DNA of 51,598 nt from a virus (IMGVR_UViG_3300018466_000001:1-51598), one strand, 5' to 3'; positions 24,895 through 31,875 are shown, counted from the stretch's first letter. Made by a program: numbers and translations. Notes: generated from the sequence alone by a model not told the origin.

Positions 24895-25012
24895 GGAGGG
24901 CGTGGGCAAACTGGTAAAGCCGACGCGCAGAGCGGATGATTCTGGACGCGGAGCGCCGCTAGGCCAGCGGTAAGCACGATCCGGATGCGGGTTCGACCCC
25001 CGCCGCCCTCCC
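24895..25012 (+). ncRNA. Aberrant 118-nt tRNA-like element (8-bp acceptor stacked on a 5-bp T-arm)
   Basis: GGAGGGCG pairs with CGCCCTCC. T-arm is GCGGG-TTCGACC-CCCGC. D-like arm is GGC-AAACTGGTAAA-GCC. An 84-nt non-canonical insert contains the hairpin CCGCT-AGGCC-AGCGG. Confidence 0.4.
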
Positions 25013-25118
25013 TTCACCCGGTGTTCCCGTACGTCGCCCGGTCAAGGCCGATCCTCGCACCTAAGCGGGGCGGAAATGCAAAGTGGACGGCTCGCGTGCG
25101 GGGCATCGGGGATCTCTT

Positions 25119-25131
25119 GGAAACAGTTTCC
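25119..25131. repeat. Palindrome copy 6, GGAAACAGTTTCC
   Basis: In the ORF-poor RNA island. Extended match TGGAAACAGTTTCCGG is shared with copy 7. Confidence 0.9.
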
Positions 25132-25291
25132 GGAGCAGACGGTACCAAGCGAGAGGGGCGCGGCGGCGTCCGGTACGAGAGAACATGGGAGCCTGCCGGC
25201 GGAAAAGCCTCGCAAGAGGCGCAACCCCATAGACTGAGGCTGGTAGCGGGGTGGGGAATCCCGTCTCTCGTTTGGTGTGTCGCTCATCTGT

Positions 25292-25304
25292 GGAAACAGT
25301 TTCC
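25292..25304. repeat. Palindrome copy 7, GGAAACAGTTTCC
   Basis: In the RNA island, 97 nt upstream of tRNA-Gln. Confidence 0.9.
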
Positions 25305-25400
25305 GGCGGGCGGTCTACCGGTACGGTGCCGGGAGCCGAAAGGCCACGGAGCGCAGCGCTGCGTTGATCACGCCTAACCCCGTAGGCCGTCCGCCACGTT

Positions 25401-25472
25401 CGCCCTGTAGCACAACGGTTGTGCGCCCGCCTTTGGAGCGGGAGGTTCTCGGTTCGAATCCGAGCAGGGCAG
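25401..25472 (+). tRNA. tRNA-Gln (anticodon UUG)
   Basis: Hand-folded cloverleaf. D stem GCAC/GTGC, anticodon stem CCCGC/GCGGG, loop CTTTGGA, T arm CTCGG-TTCGAAT-CCGAG. Has a C1/A72 mismatch and G73. No CCA encoded. Confidence 0.85.
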
Positions 25473-25831
25473 TTGGGTGTTGGCGGTAAATAGACCGCCT
25501 GTCGTTTGGAGCTACTGGGAACCGCGCGTTCTGTTCACGGCCCGGACGCTGGTAGCCTGCGGAGGAAGTCCGGATAACACGGCGAAGCGGATGCGCCAGC
25601 CGCCGGGAATCTCCAGAGTCGATACCAGACGGCACCGCCAGCACCCTTTGTCCGCCCGCTCTGTCGCGACAGTGCCTAGCATGCGGGGCTAGGCGAAACC
25701 TGATGGAGTGGGCCACGGTGAAATCGGCTGGAGTGCGGCGTAGGAGCCTTGCGCAAGCGCCGTCGCCAGCCTCCCAAAAGGGCGCCGTGGCTCACAGGTT
25801 TCCACCTCACCAAAACACTCAAGAAATCCCA

Positions 25832-26752
25832 ATGAGCGACGGCCGGCTACACTCCTACCCGAAGGTCTGGAACCTGGGGCATCCTAACCTTGCCGAACTG
25901 TTTTCCGGAGAGGTGGTGGTGCAGGAGAAGGTGGATGGTTCGCAGTTCTCCTTCGGCGTGGTTGGCGGGGTCCTCCTGCTCCGGTCGAAGGGTGCCACGC
26001 TCTACCCGGAGACGAACGACAAACTGTTTCGGGGTGCGATTAACACCGCCGTGCGGCTCTTCAACGAAGGATTGCTGCCGGAGGGTCTGACGTACCGAGG
26101 CGAAGCGTTCATGAGCCACAAGCACAACGCGCTCGCATACGAACGGTGCCCAGCGGGGAACTTCGTGCTCTTCGACGTGGACGATGGCCTAGAGAGCCGA
26201 TTCGACGCAGCGCGCCTGCGTGACGAGGCCGCGCGGCTGGGGCTGGAGGTGGTGCCTACGTACTTCGTGGGGGAGGTCGAGTCTCTGGAGGGCCTGCAAC
26301 CCTTCCTCGCGACTCCTAGCGTGCTGGGCGGGCGCACAGAGGGCATGGTGGTGAAGAACTACGCCCGACGGGGTCGCGATGGCAAGATGCTGATGGGGAA
26401 GTTGGTGGCGGACGATTTCCGCGAGATCAACGGCAAGGAGTGGAAGAAGAGCAACCCCACCCGCGCCGACGTGATTGAAACGTTGATCGAACGTTTCCGC
26501 ACCGAAGCGCGGTGGGCCAAGGCGGTGCAGCACCTTCGCGAGCGTGGGGAGATCACAGGCGATCTGCGCGACATCGGCAAGTTGATCCGCGAGGCTCCGC
26601 AGGACGTACGCGAGGAGTGCGAAGACGAGATCAAGCAGGCGCTCTTTGACGCGTTCTGGAAGGACATCTCCCGTGGCGTGACTCGCGGGCTTCCGGAATG
26701 GTACAAGGCGCAGGTTGCGGGTGAGCAGGTGTTCGCGGGCCCGGAGCCTTAA
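25832..26752 (+). CDS. ATP-dependent RNA ligase-like nucleotidyltransferase
   Basis: Motif I QEKVDGSQ (KxDG), YRGEAF, FVLFDV, motif IV/V-like TEGMVVKN and GKLV. Start placed at ATG 25832 (MSDGRLHSYPKVWNLG) and is uncertain. Confidence 0.75.
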   Translation: MSDGRLHSYPKVWNLGHPNLAELFSGEVVVQEKVDGSQFSFGVVGGVLLLRSKGATLYPETNDKLFRGAINTAVRLFNEGLLPEGLTYRGEAFMSHKHNALAYERCPAGNFVLFDVDDGLESRFDAARLRDEAARLGLEVVPTYFVGEVESLEGLQPFLATPSVLGGRTEGMVVKNYARRGRDGKMLMGKLVADDFREINGKEWKKSNPTRADVIETLIERFRTEARWAKAVQHLRERGEITGDLRDIGKLIREAPQDVREECEDEIKQALFDAFWKDISRGVTRGLPEWYKAQVAGEQVFAGPEP

Positions 26753-26902
26753 TTACGGCGTCACCATGCGTGCCGACCGTCACGGAACCGTCTCGGTAGC
26801 GACCATGCTGCCGGGGCGGTTGCGTTTGCGCGCTAGACGCATCAGATTGCCGCCTGCGTACGTCGCCAGCAGGCCCACAAGCCACGAAGGGAGGACTGCA
26901 CC

Positions 26903-27079
26903 ATGCCAGGAGCCACGGCAGAGCAGCGCGAGCGTCTGAGGCGCGTTATCGAGAGCGAACCGTTCCTTACAATGCAGACAGGTCCGGGGACCGGGGGCGG
27001 TGGCGGCAAGGGCGATCCGGAAGAGCCACCTCCTCCCCCGCCCACGCCGCCCGAGGGTGGGAGCGACGGAGAAGGCTGA
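26903..27079 (+). CDS. Pro/Gly-rich small protein (58 aa)
   Basis: ATG at 26903 with GGGAGG 8 nt upstream, followed by a terminator hairpin. Below the ORF-track cutoff. Confidence 0.45.
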   Translation: MPGATAEQRERLRRVIESEPFLTMQTGPGTGGGGGKGDPEEPPPPPPTPPEGGSDGEG

Positions 27080-27084
27080 CGCGT

Positions 27085-27114
27085 AGAGGGCCGGCGATCA
27101 CTCGCCGGCCCTCT
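27085..27114. terminator. Perfect 12-bp GC-rich hairpin between convergent genes
   Basis: AGAGGGCCGGCG-atcact-CGCCGGCCCTCT. Overlaps the last codons of 27098-27304. Confidence 0.5.
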
Positions 27115-27304
27115 GGTCTTCCAGTAGGCCATCTTCCCTGCACCATCGGCAGGGCTTGCCGCTGTTGACGTTCGACAGCCTGCGCTTGTGCCGGAAGCGC
27201 TCGCACCATACCCACGGGTCCTGTTCCTCCCTGCGCAGGATCTTCCGAGCCATGGCCCGCTCCCAGCGGTAGGGGCTGTCCTGTAGGTCTCGGAGGGTCA
27301 TCAT
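27098..27304 (-). CDS. Small basic protein (68 aa) with Cys pairs
   Basis: MMTLRDLQDSPYRWERAM...CERFRH...CRWC. Starts 5 nt after the PP-loop gene stop. Confidence 0.5.
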   Translation of the reverse strand: MMTLRDLQDSPYRWERAMARKILRREEQDPWVWCERFRHKRRLSNVNSGKPCRWCREDGLLEDQRAGE

Positions 27305-27308
27305 GGCG

Positions 27309-28082
27309 TCACCCCTCCACGAAGCAGCCGCAGCCGCCAATATCGTATTCGTCCACGTCGCCGCAGGACACGCGGGAGCGGAGTACCGAGAGCGGCAGGG
27401 GCTTCGTGGTGCCGCCGCGCCTGTCGCGCAGGATAGCGACGTTGCCGATTTGGGCACGTAGCATGTTCTCGTTTCTCTCCCACTCCGCAAACACGTCCGG
27501 CAGAGTGCGCAGTAGATGGGCGAAGTGGCCCTGCCCCGCCTTTACGCAGCCGCCGCCGCAGTTGTTGTGCGCGAACCCGAGTTTGTAGAGGCGCGGAACC
27601 TCGATACCACAGGCGGCAAGGTCTTCCAGAATATCCTCTTTCATCCTGTACGGCGCATCGCACAGGGGGGCCTCACAACGCCATCCGGGGCGGTTCTTCC
27701 GCACGCCTTCAAGGCGGTGCTCTTCGGTCCAGTCGATGCCGTAGTAGAGCACCGTGTCTGCCGGATCGCAGTTGGCCTCCGCCCACGCGTTTGACACGTT
27801 TTGTTTAAGCTTTATCGAGCAGTGGGCCACTCTGGAGTTACCCAAAAACCCCTTTTTGCCGTGAGTACGAAACACCTCCCACGGCGTGCGGCCATCGGCC
27901 AGGATCAGTAATTCGGCCCCCACATCGCGCGCTGCTTCTCCCAAGAATCGGTACAGGTCTGCGTCCTCAATGAGGGTGTCGGTGAAGAGCAGCACCATAT
28001 CCGCCGTCCCGAATCTCTCCGCAACGCGCTTGGCGGCGGCCCAAGACCCTACTCCGCCGGAGAACATGACAACGTGTCTCAC
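27309..28082 (-). CDS. PP-loop ATPase, PAPS-reductase-like family
   Basis: GTG at 28082 (GTGA overlap). Has VVMFSGGVGSWAAAKRV (SGGxxS PP-loop), LLFTDTLIEDADLYRF, and Cys clusters NNCGGGC and GGCGCF. Confidence 0.7.
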   Translation of the reverse strand: MRHVVMFSGGVGSWAAAKRVAERFGTADMVLLFTDTLIEDADLYRFLGEAARDVGAELLILADGRTPWEVFRTHGKKGFLGNSRVAHCSIKLKQNVSNAWAEANCDPADTVLYYGIDWTEEHRLEGVRKNRPGWRCEAPLCDAPYRMKEDILEDLAACGIEVPRLYKLGFAHNNCGGGCVKAGQGHFAHLLRTLPDVFAEWERNENMLRAQIGNVAILRDRRGGTTKPLPLSVLRSRVSCGDVDEYDIGGCGCFVEG

Positions 28083-28879
28083 AAGAGCACCGCCGTCCTC
28101 TCCGCGCGTGCTGCGCTCAGCACTTCCTCGCCCCACTCGCATACGTTGGTCTCTGAGCGCCGCTTTGCCACCGTCAGGGCACGTTCGGCCAGTTCCGCCG
28201 CTCTCGGGTAGTCTCGCATGATCGTGGCGGCCACAGACGCGTGCACGAGGTTCCTTGCCGCGTGTTCGTGGTGGGGGAGTCCAGCGAAGATGAAATCCAG
28301 GGCCACACCCGCGCTGCGGTACTTGTTGGGCGACGACATCAGGGCTGCCGCGTACATGGCGTTCGCGGCAGCGGCCATGTGGAACCTGGGGTGATCCATG
28401 CTGACCGGAACGACTCGCCATGCGTGGAAGGCGTGCGAGGCGCTGTCCCTGCACTGCGGATGGGCGTACATCGTCTCCTCTGCGAAGTCGGCAAGCAGGC
28501 CGGTGATCTGCGGGGCCTTCCTGTTCCGCTCGGAGTACAGTTGGAACGCCTTCGCTCCCCACTCCCTGCGTGCCTTGGGAATCCGCGCCTCCTTGCCTGT
28601 CACGTACAGATCGTGAAGGCTCGGCCCTATCCAGTGCGAGAGGCCATGCCCCACGGCCACGGCCATCGCTTCCTGAAAGCAGGACAATGCCTGCTTGGGC
28701 TCTGCCCTGGACAGGTACACGCGGCCCAAGCAGGCGAAGGCGTGATACGCCACTTCCGGCACCTTCTCGGCGTCCGCTTCCGACAGCGCGGCAGCAACGG
28801 CCATCTCGCATGCGGGCAGGTCTCCGTCTCGGCGTTCTTGCCGGGCGGATGCGAGGAGGATTTCTGCGTTGGAAATCAT
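28079..28879 (-). CDS. All-helical, TPR-like repeat protein (266 aa)
   Basis: ATG at 28879 (ATGA overlap, inside palindrome copy 8). Ala/Leu-rich helical repeats. Confidence 0.45.
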   Translation of the reverse strand: MISNAEILLASARQERRDGDLPACEMAVAAALSEADAEKVPEVAYHAFACLGRVYLSRAEPKQALSCFQEAMAVAVGHGLSHWIGPSLHDLYVTGKEARIPKARREWGAKAFQLYSERNRKAPQITGLLADFAEETMYAHPQCRDSASHAFHAWRVVPVSMDHPRFHMAAAANAMYAAALMSSPNKYRSAGVALDFIFAGLPHHEHAARNLVHASVAATIMRDYPRAAELAERALTVAKRRSETNVCEWGEEVLSAARAERTAVLL

Positions 28880-28883
28880 TTCC
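28871..28883. repeat. Palindrome copy 8, GGAAATCATTTCC
   Basis: Contains the ATG of the TPR-like gene (GGAA ATG ATT TCC = MIS). Confidence 0.9.
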
Positions 28884-29133
28884 GATGAAAGCGAATGGAT
28901 TCGCCTGCCACGTAGCGGTCCTGCACTGCGGAAACACCGAAGCCGGGAACGCCGAGAGTGGCGCAGCGCATGTTGCAGGCGGACGAGTGATTCATCTGCG
29001 TGCCGTTTGGGTTGGCCCAGCAGCCCGCACAGCAGTAGGCGAGCGCGGCGGCCTTCGGGCGGCCACAGCCGCAGGTGTCCGTGGCGACCTCGTTGCCTGC
29101 CGCGTCCAGCAGAGGCGGATACGGCTTGCTCAC
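28876..29133 (-). CDS. Cys-rich small protein (85 aa)
   Basis: TDTCGCGRPKAAALAYCCAGCWANPNGTQMNHSSACNMRC. ATGA coupling at both ends. Confidence 0.5.
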   Translation of the reverse strand: MSKPYPPLLDAAGNEVATDTCGCGRPKAAALAYCCAGCWANPNGTQMNHSSACNMRCATLGVPGFGVSAVQDRYVAGESIRFHRK

Positions 29134-29327
29134 TTGGCCCTCCGTTGCTCTTCACGCTCGCGGAAGTCGGACAGCATGGATTCAAGCGCATCGTCCGTCT
29201 CCGCGCCGAACTCGGGAGCTCCGTAGGCGTATGGGTCTACGCTTGCTAGGTACTCCAGCGCTCGCAAAAGGCACGTCTCTTGGTGCGTGTTTAGCACGTA
29301 CCCGGACGTGTGGCGGGGAGCGGTCAT
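29130..29327 (-). CDS. Hypothetical acidic protein (65 aa)
   Basis: Internal ATG at 29327 in an ATGA overlap. Confidence 0.45.
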   Translation of the reverse strand: MTAPRHTSGYVLNTHQETCLLRALEYLASVDPYAYGAPEFGAETDDALESMLSDFREREEQRRAK

Positions 29328-29542
29328 GGGGAAACCCTGCGCACGGGTGGGATCTCCGGACCTTGCCGCCATACCCATACGTTGACCCGCCCTGAAGACT
29401 CTAGCCTAACCTCTCCAAACATGCCGCCGTCGTTGCAAAGCACCGTCGCACGCTCGCCATTGCGGCGCTCTACCCGCTCTCCCGGCTGGAACGGTGCATC
29501 GTCGTTCGTGGTGCCCGGAGCGGCTTGCGTTTCGTTGCTCAT
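29324..29542 (-). CDS. Hypothetical protein (72 aa)
   Basis: ATG at 29542 in an ATGA overlap. Sequence begins MSNETQAAPGTTNDDAPFQPGERV... Confidence 0.5.
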   Translation of the reverse strand: MSNETQAAPGTTNDDAPFQPGERVERRNGERATVLCNDGGMFGEVRLESSGRVNVWVWRQGPEIPPVRRVSP

Positions 29543-29694
29543 AGGATTTCGTCCTCCCATCCACCAGCGTGTACGTCGTCGCTGCCACAGTAGGGGCAGA
29601 ACTGCGGCCCATCGCCTTCGCGACCGTTTCGCAGCGATATTTCGTAGTTGTTGGCGCACTTTCCGCACGTGTACTCTTCGTCGTTGGGGATCAT
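29539..29694 (-). CDS. Zinc-ribbon protein (51 aa)
   Basis: ATG at 29694 (ATGA). Has CGKC...CPYC. Confidence 0.5.
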   Translation of the reverse strand: MIPNDEEYTCGKCANNYEISLRNGREGDGPQFCPYCGSDDVHAGGWEDEIL

Positions 29695-29921
29695 CTCGGC
29701 ACGATCTCTCCTTTCCCGTCTCCGGGGTACCTGAAAGGTCCCTCTTTGATCTCGTGAAGCGGCACTAACTTGTGCTCCACGCCAAGAAAAGCGTGGTACG
29801 CCGGGTAGCGCTTGCCGAGCAGTTCGTGCAGCAAGCCGATGGCCTTGGCGAAGTCGCCATTTTCGTCCATCAGGGCGTCGATGCACCATTCGACCGTAGC
29901 GCGCTCGCGTTTGTTCAGCAT
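29691..29921 (-). CDS. Hypothetical protein (76 aa)
   Basis: ATG at 29921, with palindrome copy 9 three nt upstream. Confidence 0.5.
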   Translation of the reverse strand: MLNKRERATVEWCIDALMDENGDFAKAIGLLHELLGKRYPAYHAFLGVEHKLVPLHEIKEGPFRYPGDGKGEIVPR

Positions 29922-29923
29922 CT

Positions 29924-29936
29924 GGAAATCATTTCC
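29924..29936. repeat. Palindrome copy 9, GGAAATCATTTCC
   Basis: Intergenic, ending 3 nt upstream of ATG 29921. Confidence 0.9.
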
Positions 29937-30053
29937 ACGCTTACGCGCTAAGGATGTCGGACAGTTGTCGCGCGAACTCTCGATCCATCGCCGCTTGAGC
30001 GCGGTACGCCGACTTCGTCCACGCCTCCATTTCAGGGTCTTCCTCCCGCACGC

Positions 30054-30206
30054 CTACAAGGTCCACCTCGGCTGCATCAGCGTAGGCCAAAGCGCGGCGA
30101 TACGCTCCATCCTGCGGAGACGGGCGCGCAGTTCCGCGTTCTCAAGCGCACGATCGGTCGGGCCTACGCAGGCGTCTGGCGAGCGCAGCGCTTCAGTCCT
30201 GTCCAC
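30054..30206 (-). CDS. Possible 50-aa leucine-zipper-like protein
   Basis: GTG at 30206. Contains RALENAELRARLRRMERIAAL. Start uncertain. Confidence 0.3.
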   Translation of the reverse strand: MDRTEALRSPDACVGPTDRALENAELRARLRRMERIAALWPTLMQPRWTL

Positions 30207-30441
30207 GTAGCACCTCCGCAGGCTCTTTAGCCAGTAGTAAGCCGGGGTCAACTCCGATATTCTCTGACACCTGTCCGACGCGGTGTAGGGACGGTGCGTG
30301 CTTTCCGGTTCTCCAGAGAGAGAGCAGCCGGCGACTCACCCCCGACTCGCGGCAGAACGCTTCGGTGTCGAGCTGTCGGGCGTGGCGGATCAGATCCAGG
30401 TTGCGCGCGAAGCGCTGCGCTAGCGGCGTGGTCTTGTTCAT
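30193..30441 (-). CDS. XRE-family HTH regulator, paralog of 23558-23812
   Basis: MNKTTPLAQRFARNLDLIRHARQLDTEAFCRESGVSRRLLSLWRTGKH. Confidence 0.7.
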   Translation of the reverse strand: MNKTTPLAQRFARNLDLIRHARQLDTEAFCRESGVSRRLLSLWRTGKHAPSLHRVGQVSENIGVDPGLLLAKEPAEVLRGQD

Positions 30442-30448
30442 GGAAGAC

Positions 30449-30477
30449 ACTATAACCGGTGACGCCATCCTGCGCAA
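30449..30477 (-). promoter_or_regulatory. Promoter TTGCGC-17-TATAGT lying 7 nt from the ATG (leaderless-type)
   Basis: Read on the minus strand upstream of 30441. Confidence 0.45.
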
Positions 30478-30503
30478 GCCTGCTCCTAATGTTGCCGAGA
30501 GTG

Positions 30504-30532
30504 TTGACAGATGGGATGTGGTGTGATATTAT
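30504..30532 (+). promoter_or_regulatory. Near-consensus promoter TTGACA-17-TATTAT driving the cassette 30577-33788
   Basis: GAGTGTTGACA motif. Inverted repeat GGATGT-N14-ACATCC spans the spacer and -10. Confidence 0.6.
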
Positions 30533-30576
30533 ACATCCACGGCAGGCGAGACGAACCCGAACCGAGAGCCCCGACG

Positions 30577-30771
30577 ATGCGTTACGAAGAATACCGCGCG
30601 ACCACCGAGAGCAGCGAAGCCAAGCAAGCGGAGGCGCGCGTCAGCGGGGTGCTTCGCGGCGGATATGTCGTCGCAGACTCATTCTACTACTGCGGCGGGC
30701 ACGGCTTCGCCCATGTCCGCATGGCGGAGGTTTCGGAACTTCGCTACTGGCCGTATGAGGCGAACGGCTGA
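30577..30771 (+). CDS. Hypothetical protein (64 aa)
   Basis: ATG at 30577. Sequence begins MRYEEYRATTESSEAKQAEARV... Confidence 0.45.
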   Translation: MRYEEYRATTESSEAKQAEARVSGVLRGGYVVADSFYYCGGHGFAHVRMAEVSELRYWPYEANG

Positions 30772-31049
30772 TGCCCACGTTCAAGGAACAGATCCTCGCG
30801 GAGTTGAAGGCGGAGGGCATCTACAAGCGCGGCCAGACGTACGACGCCGTGCTGAACCCGCCGCCGGACGAAGAGGAAGGGGTGGACCTCTTCGACAATC
30901 CCGAAGAGGGCATCAACATTCGCCCTCTGGACGAAGTGCTCGCGGTGGCCCAGCGTGGCGATGTGGTTGACGTGTACGTCTTCGCGAAGCCCGAGGCCGA
31001 GGGCTGGGATGCATCGCTCGTGAACAACCTGCTTGTCACCCTTACCTAA
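30771..31049 (+). CDS. Acidic hypothetical protein (92 aa) ending in VTLT
   Basis: ATG shares one base with the upstream TGA. Its 3' end carries junction motif CTTACCTAA. Confidence 0.5.
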   Translation: MPTFKEQILAELKAEGIYKRGQTYDAVLNPPPDEEEGVDLFDNPEEGINIRPLDEVLAVAQRGDVVDVYVFAKPEAEGWDASLVNNLLVTLT

Positions 31050-31063
31050 AACGAGATCCGACG

Positions 31064-31288
31064 ATGATGCGTACTGAGTACGGGGCCAAGAGTTACATCC
31101 AGAGCGACCCAGTTCACCAGACGCCAGAGAGCGATGACGATTGCTCCCTCTGCAACCGCCCGCCGGAATTGCTGGTCGGGTTACGTCGGATTGAGGCGAG
31201 CCGCAATGGCTTCCAGACTACGCTCCACATCTTCATCTGCGCCGCGTGCCGTAGGGATCTGGTTCATCATCTGGAAACGGATTCGTAA
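31064..31288 (+). CDS. Zinc-ribbon protein (74 aa)
   Basis: Has CSLC...CAAC. Starts at ATG 31064. Confidence 0.5.
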   Translation: MMRTEYGAKSYIQSDPVHQTPESDDDCSLCNRPPELLVGLRRIEASRNGFQTTLHIFICAACRRDLVHHLETDS

Positions 31289-31325
31289 ACGTGCGCGTAT
31301 CGCTACCCTTACCTGAGAACCGAAG

Positions 31326-31675
31326 ATGAATGAGCGCGCGGAGTGGCTAGCGTCGCTGAAAGCAGGAGACGAGGTGGTTCGGACCAGCGCGCTTGGTGGT
31401 GGCGGAGAGAGCGGAGCGCAGGTGCGCAAAGTGAAGCGTGCAACCTCCACGCTGGTCATCGTCGGGGATGGGGACCAAGAAGAGCGCTACCGGCTCGCCG
31501 ATGGCCGTCTCTCTGGTCAGACCGGATACTACTACACAACCATCGTGGAGCCTACCCCGAGCGGCTGGACGCCATCCGGCGCTCTCGTCTGGCGGGCCGT
31601 CTTGAAAGGGTTAAGTGGGCGGATCTCCCGCTTGAAACACTCCGCGCGATTGCTGCGCTTGTCCCTACTACCTGA
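31326..31675 (+). CDS. P1-prime, paralog of 14402-14725, interrupted by a -1 frame change at C4 run 31555-31558
   Basis: The N-terminal half is in the frame of ORF 31326. The C-terminal half (ERLDAIRRSRLAGRLERVKWADLPLETLRAIAALVPTT) is in the frame of ORF 31343. Both halves align to the minus-strand paralog. Confidence 0.5.
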
Positions 31676-31686
31676 GAAACCCGAAG

Positions 31687-31875
31687 ATGCCCAAGAACGA
31701 GTTCAGCGCCACTGAGCGCTTCGTGGACGTGCTGGAAACGGCGTGCGGTGCCAAGTTCAACGACGAACTGCGCGTGCGTTTGGAAGACGCCTTCAACGAT
31801 GCAGTAGACGCCAGAGTAGAGAAGGCGCTTGCCGAAGCCAACCAAAACAGGGGAGTACTGAGCCATGATGATTAA
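31687..31875 (+). CDS. Hypothetical protein (62 aa)
   Basis: ATG at 31687, lying 10 nt after junction motif TACCTGAGA. Confidence 0.5.
   Translation: MPKNEFSATERFVDVLETACGAKFNDELRVRLEDAFNDAVDARVEKALAEANQNRGVLSHDD

Noticed and set aside
24895-25012. tmRNA or tRNA-Sec identity for the 118-nt tRNA-like element
   Set aside because: There is no G3-U70 pair, no tag reading frame and no resume-codon context, and the element is far shorter than tmRNA. There is no UCA anticodon loop or 6-bp D stem as in tRNA-Sec. Only the 8+5 helix geometry matches.
25562-25573. GAGGAAGTCCGG resembles the conserved GAGGAAAGUCCGG (CR-I/P4) segment of bacterial RNase P RNA, within a 360-nt ORF-free gap after tRNA-Gln
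   Set aside because: It is a single 12-nt resemblance with one base missing. I could not find a convincing complementary P4 strand or other conserved RNase P regions by eye. A covariance-model scan is needed before any claim.
26842-27132. Minus-strand ORF encoding a Pro/Gly/Ser-rich 96-aa product
   Set aside because: It is antisense to a plus-strand 58-aa ORF that has a strong GGGAGG ribosome-binding site and a terminator. It has low-complexity composition and no coupling to its neighbours.
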